NCBI RefSeq assembly: GCF_963921235.1
Contig: NC_086100.1
Location: 199,828,001-199,892,000, forward strand
Direction of reading: 5' to 3'
Length of the DNA stretch: 64,000 nucleotides
Origin: Mobula hypostoma
Taxonomy: Eukaryota
The notes under the pieces are model-generated. The model saw only the letters and a list, made by a program, of their open reading frames with translations. It searched no databases and was not told the origin of the DNA. This document shows positions 26,299 through 38,565 of the stretch, in pieces (the stretch's first letter is position 1; every line of letters starts with the position of its first letter). The position numbers were made by a program, and so were the translations under genes.

Positions 26299-29200
26299 AA
26301 AGAATCTGCCACTACAAGAATATATTTGTACCCTCCTGGGGTGGGTGGCAAGGGTCCAACATAATCTATCTGCAAATTAGTCCAAGGCACTTCCACTGGT
26401 CTGGTATGTCGGAGGCCTCCTTTCTTTACATCCCTATCAGGATTATATTGAGCACAGATCAAACAATTCTTGACACAGTGCTCCACGTCATCCTTCATCC
26501 TGGGCCACCAACACACCTCTTTTATCTTTTCCAGGGTCCTTTCGCTCCCCTGGTGTCCCCACAGATCATGGCACCAGTGGATCACCTGATTTCTTCCTCC
26601 CTCTGGGACCACAGGACTACTTCATCCTTAATATCTCAATGCTCTTTGTACATTTCTGACCCCGCTCCTTCTATTATTTTTTAAATCTCTTCATCTTTCT
26701 TCTGCTCTCCAGTTAAATCCATAACCTTAACCTGTTCTTCCTTCTGCCTTCCCATCTCCCCAATCTGCAGCTGCCATTCCTGCCCATTTAAAGCACTTTG
26801 CTTCGCTAACTCAGTCTTCGTATTCCCCTCGGGATAATTTAGAGCGGGCTTTCACCTTTATGACTCCGTATTCTTTTCCCTTTGTCTCCTCTGGGATACT
26901 GTGATAAAGCAGCAGATGGGAGGGGCTTTCCGTCAGCTGAAACAAACCCCCTGGCTTCCCACAGAGGGAAATGTTCAGTAAGGCTGTTACAAACGTACAT
27001 ACTATCAGTGTATGACTGACCCAGGCAGAAAACGTTCTGTGTGGCTGACCACAAATACCACAGCTGCCAATTCTGCTGCCTGTGCACTGATGGTAACTTT
27101 AAAGCTACACTATGCCTTTCCTGGCCATGTCCATCCTTGATGTATACGCCACACCCAGTTGTCCTCTCAACATCCTGTATTGATGAGGAGCCATCTACAA
27201 AAACTTAAAATTGTGGTTTTCTCTTTTCTTTGTGTCTTTATTCTCAGTCATTACTTTATCTGATCTGCTTCCACGCCCTCCTTTTTGTTTCAGTACAAAT
27301 GGGGCTTCGGGATCATTTGCTATCATAACTTGACACTCATGTTCACTTCCTCTTATCAGCTAACATAGAGGTGGTGTTTAATTGCTTGACACTAATATTT
27401 CTTCCTTGCAGCAGAAATGTCCATCTAGCATTTCTGTTTTGGCTTACTGAACCATCTTTAATCCTTCCATCTGACAGTAATTGTATGGGTGTGTGTTCTG
27501 TCAGTATTGTAAGTGGATTAAGTCCCACTATCTAGGCGAAATGTCATACCACCCAGAAAACCACAAACAAGTGTTTTTCAGATTCAGTATACCCCTGTTC
27601 TACTGGTGAGAGCATGCGTGATCCATACGCTACTGGTCTTAACTTCCCATGTGTCTTCTGTAACAGCACTGCTGAGGGTGGTTTCAATTGTCACCACCTC
27701 CAATGAGAATGGCTCATTTGGATTTGGGGTTTTTAAAGCAGGCGCAGTGGCCAATGCTTGATTCAGAGCTGTGATGGCCTGGGTGTGTTCTGATTTCCAT
27801 TCCCCCGCCACATTCTTTTTCAGTAACTCCATTAAAGTTACTTCTTGTTTCATCATCTGTGATTTTTTAGGGTTTACAATGCAAGTAATAATTACAGCAG
27901 CTCTGTCAATAGCTGATAATGTTCCTGCTTGGTTTCAGTCTGCAGGAGTAGATCATCTACATATTGTACTAAGCACTCGGATTTTGAAAACCATTGTAAC
28001 CCTTCTCTTCAGCATTGGTGAAATATAGATGGGGAATTATGGAACTCCTGTGGTAGGGCAGTCCATGTATACTGCTGTCCACTGTCTCCGGGTTAGTTGC
28101 TACAGTTGGGGGTGTTAATGGAGTTACTTTATTCAGCTCTCGATAGTCTATTGACAATCTCCTACTACCAACTGGTTTCCTCGCTGGCCATTTGGGTAAA
28201 TTGTCAGTGGAGGCTACTAGCCTCAGTCCCCCTTGTTGTCCCAAACTCTGTATTACCTTACCAACACCTTCCTCACTTTTTTGGGAAACCCATATTGCTT
28301 CTGTGGTTTGGGGTCTGGACCTTGTATGCACACACTGCCAGCCATCTTTCTGCAGTCATGCATGTACCGTGCAAATGCCCCTGAGTTCTGTGCGATCATT
28401 TGCTGCAGCATCTGATCACTGCTCATCTCCGGTTTGATCCACATCTCACCCATTGTGCAGATTCTATCCTGATATTCTCCCGCTGGGATCTGCAGCTGGT
28501 GGATGTTACTCATGCCTGTTGGCATCCCTAATTCATACAATTAACTAGTCTAAACAAAGCCCCGCTTTGGCCATATAGTCACTCCCCAGTATGTGTTCCT
28601 GCTCCCTGGGTAAGTCCACCAACACTACTGACTGTTCCAGTGCTATGTGTCCTATCCTTACTTCCAATGGTACACTCACATGTCCCACTTGCGAATGTCC
28701 TGTGAATCCACTAGGGATCATTTTACCTTGTGTCTCCCAATTTACCTTATTTATATTAGTGGTGTTGATGGTGGTTCTTGATCCTCCAGTGTCCCATAAA
28801 AAGGTAACAGGGCAGCCTCTGACCCTACCACTCACTGGAGGTCTCCCGGTTTCATCCCACCTTGTGTCACACAGCCATGTTGGTGAGGCCTGACACCATC
28901 ATTGAAGCTCAGGTTCAATTCCCTGGATGGTGGTGTCTTCACCACGTTATTTGTGGGCTCCATCGTTCTGGCCCCTGCAAGGGCAAACCACCCTGCTCTG
29001 CTCTCCCACCTCTCAGATTTGGAAATTCTCTTTTAATGAGTCCCCCTTGACCACACTTATAGCATTTAAATACCCACCTTCAGTTCTCCCTCTTCCTGGC
29101 TTTGTTCCATCTCCTCTGCCCTTCCTTGCCCCTTGACATCATGGCAGGGAGACCCTTAGAGTGGGTCCCCTACCCTCATTTCCGCTGGAAGTTGCCTGAC

Positions 29201-29440
29201 GTTTGATAGATAGCACTTTCCCATTATTTGGTATTTTCCCACGCTCTGCTCACTTTTCTCTGTACCTGTGACTCAGTATGTGTGGGTTCAGAAGGATCGA
29301 ACATTTCCAATGCCTTTTTTGATTCATTGGTAGCAAGAGACACCAGTGTCATTAACCATCTGTCTGAGGGCTCTGGTCACAATAGTCTTAATCTAATGCT
29401 GTTCCGTACACACCTTGAAACACAGTTCATGAACTGGTTT
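26299..29440 (-). mobile_element. pol: Endogenous retrovirus ERV-B: gag 3' end-pro-RT-tether-RNaseH-IN 5' half (divergent, loki/spuma-related candidate)
   Basis: CYKCGQ knuckle (about 29025-29064), WDETGRP..FLWDTGGSRTT protease, IDYRELNK, VQYVDDLLL (27952-27963), tether TEHTPIQLL..RNARW, FVDGSS and YTDS..WEARGFVSADGKPL RNase H, CH...GHQG..CLIC and QIDYVGPLPP..GYKYILVVADS integrase. Confidence 0.9.
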
Positions 29441-29444
29441 GTCC

Positions 29445-31170
29445 ATCGTCGTCGATGAAGACCTCGACACCATTACTCACTTTGAGACTGGATGCGGTGT
29501 GTCCGAAGATGACTGGTCAGGCTGATTCGGGCACAGAATGTCCTGGCACATGTTGGGCAGACATGTGTGGGCACTGCAGTTGTTGCGCTGGTGGCTCTGG
29601 ACTTGTGCAGCTCGTGCTTATGTTGTGCTTCAGCAACGCGCCTTGGTTCGTCAGCTTGACAGCCCTTGTGGATGAGGCCGCACCAGGTAGGGCGGTTTTG
29701 TGCCAGTGTTTCCCAGGAGGTCATGTCTATGTCAGATGACTTCAGGGAGGCCTTTATTGTGTCTTTGTGACGTTTCTTCTGCCCTCCATTTGAGCATCTT
29801 CCAGCAGAGAGTTCCCTAAAAAGGAGCTGCTTGGGTATGCGCTCGTCCGGCATGCAGATGACATGACCTGCCCACCGGGTCTGTGCTCTCATCAGCAGTG
29901 TGTGGACTGATGGTAGACTTGCTCTAGAGAGAACTTCAGTGTCTGGTACTTTGTCTTGCCATCTGATGCCTCATATTCTGCGAAGGCAAATCATGTGGAA
30001 ATGGTTGAGCTGTCTTGCATGCTTCGATACACAGTCCACGTTTCACAGGCATACAGGAGGGTAGTGAGTACCACGGCTCTGCAGACCTTCAGTTTTGTTG
30101 CTGGACTGATCCCTCGACGTTTCCATACAGTGGGGAGCAGTCCACCGAAAACAGAACTTGCCTTTGCTATTCTGCAGTTAACTTCTGTATCAATAGTCAC
30201 TGCTCAGGAGAGGGTGTTGCCAAGGTAAGTAAACTGGTCCACTGCCTGTAGTTTCTGTCCTTTGATTGTGATTTTCGGTTCTGTGTACGGTGCATGAGGG
30301 GCAGGCTGGTGCATGACTTCGGTCTTTTTGATGTTGATGGTAAGTCCAAAGTTGTCACAGGCTGTGGAGAATTTGTCCATATTGACTTGTATCTCCGGCT
30401 CCGAGCCAGCATACAGGGCGCAGTCATCGGCAAAGAGGAAGTCTGTCAGAACAGTCTCCTTCACTTTGGTAATAGCTTGACGTCTCCTCAGGTTGAAGAG
30501 CTTCCCATCCACTCTGTACTTGAGGTTGATTCCAGCATCACTGTCCTGGAAGGCATCATTCAGCATGGCAGTAAACACAATGCTGAACAGTGTGGGTGCG
30601 AGCACACAGCCCCGTTTGACACCACTGGTGACTGGGAACGCCGCAGAGGATTCTCCGCCGTCCAGCACTCTGGCCATCATCCCATCATGGAACTGGTGTA
30701 CCATCTGAATGAACTTAGCGGGGCAGCCGAATTGTGACAAGATCCTCCACAGGCCTTGTCGGCAGACAGCTCCTGACACTCCTCCTGAAGTTGGCACATG
30801 GAAAAAAATCATGTCAATAGTCCCACGACTTTTGCAAAAACCATACTGTGACTCTGGCAGCAGGCCCAGTTCCAGATGAGTAACCAGATGATTTAGCAGG
30901 ACTCTTGCAAGGGTTTTTCCTGCGATGGAGAGCAGCGAGATTCCTCGGTGATTGTTGCAAACTTGTTGATTGCCCTTCCTCTTGTAGAGGAGTATGATGG
31001 ATGCATCTTTAAGTTTCTGAGGAATGGATCCTTGCTTCCAAAAAGACTGGAGCAACTCAGTGAGCTTCTCTATAAGTACAGGACCAGTGGCTTTGTAGAT
31101 CTCTGCAGGAATGGCGTCTGCTCCTGGGGCTTTGCTACTGGATAGCTGGCTGACAGCTTTCATGACTTCG
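29445..31170 (-). mobile_element. RTE (BovB-like) LINE, 5'-truncated, copy 1
   Basis: KAPGADAIPAEIYK, GCVLAPTLF, FLFADD, RWAGHV, C-terminal CPTCARTF..HLRTH. Confidence 0.92.
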
Positions 31171-31434
31171 GCCTAATTCTGCTCCTATGTTGTATGGTCT
31201 AAATGTCTGCTCTGCTGATCTATCATCTTACTCTTAAATGCGAGCAAGAACCGATGATTGCAGGGATTACATGTTTAAGTCTCTGTAGAATGATAAAGGG
31301 AAGAACAATATGTTCTGCATTAGCGTCATGGAGGGATAATAGAATATATTTGTCCTGTGGTGTTTCTTTGCTCAAATGTAATCAGAATTTTCTTCTCTCA
31401 GAATTCTGATTAAAAGCTCTCTTTTTACAAGCAG

Positions 31435-31511
31435 AACAATTATACCGATGAAGTTGAAATATGGATGGAAATAGAAGAACAGCATTTAACTCTGGACCTT
31501 AGAAGAAATCA
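31435..31511 (+). CDS. Candidate host exon, ADAM metalloprotease prodomain-like (NNYTDEVEIWMEIEEQHLTLDLRRN)
   Basis: Branch-like ctgat, pyrimidine tract and CAG acceptor, GTAAGT donor; 77 nt, open only in phase 0 to 2. The peptide fits the ADAM prodomain pattern ending hxLxLxxN. Confidence 0.5.
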
Positions 31512-31714
31512 GTAAGTAAATTGGGATCCTGGCCTCTATTGGGTAAAAGGTAACTGCTTAATAGATATGAGGAGCAATACACAGTAAGGGGTTGGGCATC
31601 AGTGGTAGTACTCAGCTGGTCGGAGCCAGATTGCAGAAAGCTGTGACTGAAGCTACACATAAGTCTGAGACAAGTTGTTTGTAGAGTTGCCTCTTGCCTG
31701 ATAATTTAATTTTA

Positions 31715-31985
31715 CTAATCAGAATCGGGTTTATTATCACTGAAATGTGTTGTGAAATGTGTTGTTTCTCAGCAGCAATACATTGTAAGATATAAAAATT
31801 ATCATAAGTCACACAAATAAGTAAATAGTGCAAAAGACAAATAATAAGATAGGTGTTCACGTATTCATGAACTGTTCAGAAATCTAATGGTGAAGGAGAA
31901 GAAATGTTTCTAAATTGTGAGTGGGGATCTTCAGGCTCCTGTACCCTTCCCCTGTGAATAGGGCATGTCTTGAGGGTCTTTAATG
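31715..31985 (-). mobile_element. Old non-LTR 3' fragment (L2/Rex-like tail)
   Basis: Minus strand ends gataataaacccgattctgatt, i.e. a poly(A) signal plus short tandem tail. Confidence 0.45.
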
Positions 31986-32345
31986 ATTGAACTACTACTC
32001 CGTTCTTGATCACATAAGGGAAAGGGGTCAGAAATTTTAGTCTTTTTAATATTTTGCAGTTCTGACTAAAGTTTTATATTAATCAGGAAATTTGATATGA
32101 AGGATTATTTGGATTTCAAAGAACAACTGAAAATATTAATAGAAGTAAAATAGTTAGGATTTTCACCATAGCTGCTGGATAATCACTGGCAGAATTTTAG
32201 TTAGAAACTTTAGGAAAGAAAATTTTGATTCCATTTGTGATGGGATGAAAAGGAAGGAAGGTTGAACTATTGATTAGAGATGTCCTGGAAGAGGAATGAC
32301 CCAACAGCTCGTATGAGTCAAAATTAAGAAGAAGAAAGGTGTTCG

Positions 32346-33482
32346 TCTTGCTATCTGATGCCTAATATTCTGCAAAGACAAGTCATGTGGAAATGGTTGA
32401 GCTGCCTTGCATGCCTGTGATGCACAGTCCACGTTTCACAGGCATACAGGAGGGTAGTGAGTACCACGACTCTGCAGACCTTCAGTTTTGTTGCTGGACT
32501 GATCCCTCGACGTTTCCATACAGTGGAGCGCAGTCTACTGAAAGCAGAACTTGCCTTTGCTATTCTGCAGTTAACTTCTGTATCAATAGTCACTGCTCAG
32601 GAGAGGGTGTTGCCAAGGTAAGTAAACTGGTCCACTGCCTGTAGTTTCTGTCCTTTGATTGTGATTTTCGGTTCTGTGTACGGTGCATGAGGGGCAGGCT
32701 GGTGCATGACTTCGGTCTTTTTGATGTTGATGGTAAGTCCAAAGTTGTCACAGGCTGTGGAGAATTTGTCCATATTGACTTGTATCTCCGGCTCCGAGCC
32801 AGCATACAGGGCGAAGTCATCGGCAAAGAGGAAGTCTGTCAGAACAGTCTCCTTCACTTTGGTAATAGCTTGACGTCTCCTCAGGTTGAAGAGCTTCCCA
32901 TCCACTCTGTACTTGAGGTTGATTCCAGCATCACTGTCCTGGAAGGCATCATTCAGCATGGCAGTAAACACAATGCTGAACAGTGTGGGTGCAAGCACAC
33001 AGCCCCGTTTGACACCACTGGTGACTGGGAACACCGCAGAGGATTCTCCGCCGTCCAGCACTCTGGCCATCATGGAACTGGCGTACCATCTGAATGAATC
33101 TGGCGGGGCAACCGAACTTTGACATGATCTTCCACAGGCCTTGTCGGCAGACAGTGTTGGAGACTTTCGTGAGGTCAACAAAAGTTGTGTAGAGCTCGCG
33201 ATTCCGCTCCTGACACTCCTCCTGAAGTTGGCGCGGCAAAAATTATGTCAATAGTCCCACGACCTTTGCGAAAGCCACACTGTGACCCTGGCAGCAGGTC
33301 CAGCTCCAGATGAGTGACCAGACAATTCAGCAGGACTCTTGCAAGGGTTTTTCCTGTGATGGAGAGCAGCGAGATTCCTCGGTGGTTGTCGCATACTTGT
33401 CGATTGCCCTTCCTCTTGTAGAGGTGTACGATGGATGCATCTTCAAGCTCCTGAAGAATGGATACTTGCTTCCAAAAAGACT
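32346..33482 (-). mobile_element. RTE LINE copy 2 (direct repeat of 29952-31045)
   Basis: Peptides nearly identical to copy 1; offset 2393 bp. Confidence 0.92.
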
Positions 33483-33589
33483 AGAAGCAAGGATTCCTCA
33501 GGAAATTTAGTGCTGGATTAAAGTAAAGGGGCCAAAGACCGAGAGTGGACAACAAACTGATGTTTAGCTGATTTGAGCACCAATACAGA

Positions 33590-33930
33590 TTTAAAAGACT
33601 AAAGGTAAAAGCAGAATTACTGGGTTCAAGACTGCAAAGATGGAATTTGCTGTCATCAGGCACAAACATTTCTGTGAAAGATCAATATTTGAGACAAGTG
33701 TTTCCCAGAATAACCGACGCCAAGATTGTGGAAGGCATTTTTGTTGGCGCACAAATCAAACAGGTCATCAGTGACAGGCAATTCAAAGACCATCCTATGG
33801 GATGGGAGAAAAGTGCATGGAAGGCATTTAAGGATGTATTTAAAATTTACTTGGCAACTACAGAGGACCAAGCTACATGCAGCTGGTTGACAGCATGCTT
33901 CAAGCACACAAAACCATGAAGTGCAACATA
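33590..33930 (+). mobile_element. Internally deleted DNA transposase fragment, probably CMC-Chapaev-3 type
   Basis: KAELLGSRLQRWNLL fused to YLRQVFPRITDAKIVEGIFVG.QIK..AWKAFKDV. The family was assigned from recalled motifs, not from a search. Confidence 0.6.
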
Positions 33931-36900
33931 TAACCATATAACAATTACAGCACGGAAACAGGCCATCTCGGCCCTTCTAGTCCGTGCCGAACTCTTACTC
34001 TCACCTAGTCCCACCGACCTGCACTCAGCCCATAACCCTCCATTCCTTTCCTGTCCATATAGCTGTCCAGTTTAACTTTAAACGACAACATCAAACCTGC
34101 CTCTACCACTTCTGCTGGAAGCTCGTTCCACACAGCTACCACTCTCTGAGTAAAGAAGTTCCCCCTCATGTTACCCCTAAACTTTTGCCCTTTAACTCTC
34201 AACTCATGTCCTCTTGCTTGAATCTCCACCACTCTCAATGGAAAAAGCCTATCCATATCAACTCTATCTATCCCCCTCATAATTTTAAACACCTCTATCA
34301 AGTCCCCCTCAACCTTCTACGTTCCAAAGAATAAAGACCCAACTTCTTCAGCCTTTCTCTGTAACTTAGGTGATGAAACCCAGGTAACATTCTAGTAAAT
34401 CTTCTCTGTACGCTCTCTATTTTGTTGACATCCTTCCTATAATTCGGTGACCAAAACTTAAAACAATACTCCAAATTTGGCCTCACCAATGCCTTGTACA
34501 ATTTCAACATTACAACCCAACTCCTGTACTTAATGCCCTGATTTATAAAGGCCAGCATACCAAAAGCTTTCTTCACCACCCTACCCACACGAGATTCCTC
34601 CTTCAGGGAACTATGCACCATTATTCCTAGATCACTCTGTTCTACTGCATTCTTCAATGCCCTACCATTTACCATGTATGTCCTATTTTGATTAGTCCTA
34701 CCAAAATGTAGCACCTCACATTTATCAGCATTAAACTCCATCTGCCATCTTTTAGCCCACTCTTCTAACTGGCCTAAATCTCTCTGCAAGCTTTGAAAAC
34801 CTACTTCATTATCCACAACACCACCTATCTTAGTATCATTTGCATACTTACTAATCCAATTTACCACCCCATCATCCAGATCATTAATGTAAATGACAAA
34901 CAATATTAGACCCAGTACAGATCCCTGAGGCACACCACTTGTCACCGGCCTCCAATCTGACAAACAATTATCCACCACCACTCTCTGGCGTCTCCCATCC
35001 AGCCACTGCTGAATCTATTTTACTACTTCAATATTAATACCTAATGACTGAACCTTCCCGACCAACCTTCCGTGTGGGACCTTGTCAAGGGCCTTACTGA
35101 TGTCCATATAGACAACAACCACCGCTTTACCCTCGTCAACTTTCCTAGTAACTTCTTCAAAAATTTCAAGAAGATTTGTCAAACATGACCTTCCACACAC
35201 AAATCCATGTTGACTGTTCCTAATCAGACCCTGCCTATCCAGATAATTATATATACCATCTCTAAGAATACTTTCCATCAATTTACTCACCATTGACGTC
35301 AAAGTCACAGGCCAGTAATTGCTAGGTTTACTCTTAGAATCCTTTTTAAACAATGGAACCACATGAGCAATATGCCAATCCCTGGTTCTAAAGACATTTG
35401 AATTATTTCTGTCAGAGCCCCTGCTATATCCACGCTAACTTCCCTCAAGGTCCTAGGGAATATTCTGTCAGGACCCGGAGACTTATCCACTTTTATATTC
35501 CTTAAAAGCTCCAGTACTTCCTCTTATTTAATCATCAAAGTTTCCATAACTTCCCTGCCTGTTTCCCTTATCTTACACACTTCAATATCCTTCTCCTTAG
35601 TGAATACCGAAGAAAAGAAATCATTCAGAATCTCCCTCATCTCTTTTGGGTCTACACATAGCGGTCCACTCTGATTCTCTAAGGGACCAATTTTATCCCT
35701 CACTATCCTTTTGCTATTAATATAACTGTAGAAATCCTTGGGATCTATTTTCACCTTACTTGCCAAAGCAACCTCATATCTTCTCTTTGCTTTTCTAATT
35801 TCTTTCTTAAGATTCTTTTTACATTCTGTATATTCCTCGAGCATCTCATTTACTCCATGCTGCCTATATTTATTGTAGATATCTCTCTTTTTCCGAACGA
35901 AGTTTCCAATATCCCTTGAAAACTATGCCTCCCTCAAACTTTTAACCTTTCCTTTCAACCTAACAGGAACATAAAGATTCTGTACTCTCAAAATTTCACC
36001 TTTAAATGACCTCCATTTCTCTATTACATTCTTCTCATAAAACAAAATGTCCCAATTCAATCCTCCTAAATCCTTTTGTATCTCCTCAAAGTTAGCCTTT
36101 CTCCAATCAAAAATTTCAACCCTGGGTCCAGACCTATCCTTCTCCATAATTATATTGAAACTAATAGCATTGTGATCACTGGACCCGAAGTTCTCCCCAG
36201 CACAAACCTCCGTCACCTGACTTATCCCATTCCCTAACAGGAGATCCAACACTGCCCCTTCTCTAGTTGGTACCTCTATGTATGTGTTGCAAAAAACTAT
36301 CCTGCACACATTTCACAAACTCCAAACCATCTAGCCCTTTTACAGTATGGGCTTCCCAGTCTATGTGTAGAAAATTAAAATCTCCCACAACCACAAACTT
36401 GTGCTTACTACAAATATCTGCTTAAACATGAGGAATTCTGCAGATGCTGGAAATTCAAGCAACACACATCAAAGTTGCTGGTGAAAACTAATTTTGATTT
36501 GATGTGTGTTACAAATATCTGCTATCTCTTTACAAATTTGCTCCTCCAATTCTCGCTCCCCATTTGGTGGTCTATAATACACCCCCATAAGAGTTACTAC
36601 ACCTTTCCCATTCCTCAATTCCACCCAAATAGCCTCCCTAGACAAGCCTTCTAATCTATCCTGCCAGAGCTCTGCTGTAATATTTTCTTTGACAGGCAAT
36701 GTCCTCATCTTGTCTCCCCGAATCTATCATACCTGAAGCAATTAAATCCAGGAATATTTAGTTGCCAATCACACACCTCCTGTAAGCATGTTTCACTAAT
36801 AGCTACCACATCATGCTTCCAGGTATCAATCCATGCTCTAAGCTCATCCACCTTTCTTATAATTCTCCTAGCATTACATAAATGCATTTAAGAAATTTTC

Positions 36901-37165
36901 CACCTCTTACTCTCTGTTTATCACTAACGGTGCAAACAACTTTACTATTTTCTTTTTCTTCCTTCTTCCCTACATCTGTTCCTACACTCTGGTTCCCCTA
37001 CCCCTCGTATCTAGTTTAAATCCACCGGAGCCTCTCTAGCAAACCTACCTGCAAGAACACTTGTGCCCCTCTTGTCCCACCGGAACAGGTCCCACCTTCC
37101 CTGGAAAACTGCCCAATTGTCTATAAATCTGAAGCCTCCCTCCTGCACCATGACTTCATCCACGT
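33931..37165 (-). mobile_element. Near full-length degraded CR1 (same family as the plus-strand host CR1 at 52195-61136)
   Basis: ORF1 end, APE, RT fragments and (ATATAACC)n tail; PLE insert at 36423-36509. Confidence 0.93.
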
Positions 37166-38120
37166 GTTTAGCAACGTCTCTCAGCAGCTGTACTCCAAAC
37201 GGAGGGTTCTCTGTTATATTCTGGTGCTGATTTCCTGCCCCGACTGCACCCTTTCTGGAAATAACTAGGGGAGGGCAGTGGCACTGTCACCACTGCCAGG
37301 TTCTGAGCATTGTACGCTGGTGGGGGGTGGGGGAGATCCTCGGGGAAAAACGCTTCATTGTTATCGTAACCGTATCGAGCCGCATCATCTGCTAAATTGC
37401 TCCAATCCTTCTCTCCGTATTCACTCTCCTCCCCTCTTTCAGATCAAAAGCAAATATGTGTGCTGCAACTTGGTCCTGCAGCTTCTGTGTCTGCTAAACA
37501 CTTTGTATGATCTTCTGGGTTACTTTTCTTTTTGTGTACTGATTTCTGTATCACATTTATAGTTCCTTTTAAATCTCTGCAATCTTTCTTTAATCCCTCC
37601 ACCTCGCTCTGAGCGAAATTGCTTTCATCCTCCTGTTTTCTCTTTTCTCTTTTCTTTAACCAATTTCTCACACTTCAACTGAAAGTGGTGATGTGCACCA
37701 AATCCAGACTCCTCTGCCCCTGTAAATCAGTAACTTTTCCCTTAACCTGCCTCCTTTTGGAGCCTTTTGTTTTCTTTTCAGACTATCCTGCTCCACCTTC
37801 ATTTCTCACCAACATTTCCTGTTGTAATCTATCTTGCTCGGCGTCAGCGTTGTGCCAACTTTCTGTTGAATCCTCAGCCAGACAGACAACTGCTACTGGA
37901 GTCTGTAACCAGTTAAATTCCTTGTCTGACAATTTCCCTTAAGCAATTTTAAAACGAGCTCTGTCAATGGTTTTCCCGCTGTGCACATCACCCGTATGCC
38001 GGCAAGTCCAGCATACTCCCTGTATTGTGGCCATTTCCTCAAGAAGTATTTCCGGAGGAGTCCACTCCAATCAAAACAGTTCAATTCCTCCGGCATTGCA
38101 AAATTCCCTGAATTCTTCAT
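37165..38120 (-). pseudogene. gag: ERV-B gag 5' half (coiled-coil-rich)
   Basis: Frameshifted ORF starting MKNSG downstream of an LTR/PBS-like region; heptad-like EVEGLKKDCRDLKGTINVIQ; second copy at 17978-18447. Assignment to the same family as 26299-29440 is inferred. Confidence 0.6.
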
Positions 38121-38224
38121 CCTGGATCAGTAATAACTAACTACCCAGCCCCAAATTTCTCTGTTTCTCACCCACATGGTCCATCTCAAGTCTCTCGCTG
38201 ACTGAACAAGAGATTTATCCTCAG

Positions 38225-38243
38225 GTCCACGACAGGGACAACA
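38225..38243 (-). promoter_or_regulatory. Degenerate primer-binding site, tRNA-Asn-like
   Basis: TGTTGTCCCTGTCGTGGAC compared with the expected TGGCGTCCCTGGGTGGGC; lies between an AATAAA-containing LTR-like segment and the gag ATG. Confidence 0.5.
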
Positions 38244-38246
38244 ATT

Positions 38247-38565
38247 CTATTGCAAGGATCATCCCTTGGAGTAATGATCAGGGAGGCACAGAGAGAATCT
38301 GTATTTACCCACAAGTACCTTTATTGTCTAAGCTGACAAGTACTGAACTCATACACTAAGTACCTGTGTGCAAGTCCACTGGGTCTCCCTGACTCTCCTG
38401 AATAGTCAAGAATAGGAAAGGTGATAGCCGGGGAAAGGAGCCTACCCTGCCCAAGTGCTCCTCGTAGTCCTGATTCACTCACTCCACGTGCTCCACGCAG
38501 TGATGTTCACCCTTGTATCCGCGATGGTTCATCTTCACAGTTATCGTTGATCTGCTATTTGAATT
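38247..38565 (-). mobile_element. Partial 5' LTR (R/U5-like) of ERV-B
   Basis: Minus-strand AATAAA near 38320-38325, then about 75 nt U5-like sequence abutting the PBS-like motif; truncated upstream by CR1. Confidence 0.45.

Noticed and set aside
31986..32345. Possible Gypsy gag remnant or host exon
   Set aside because: Stops in all frames and no diagnostic motif; left unassigned.
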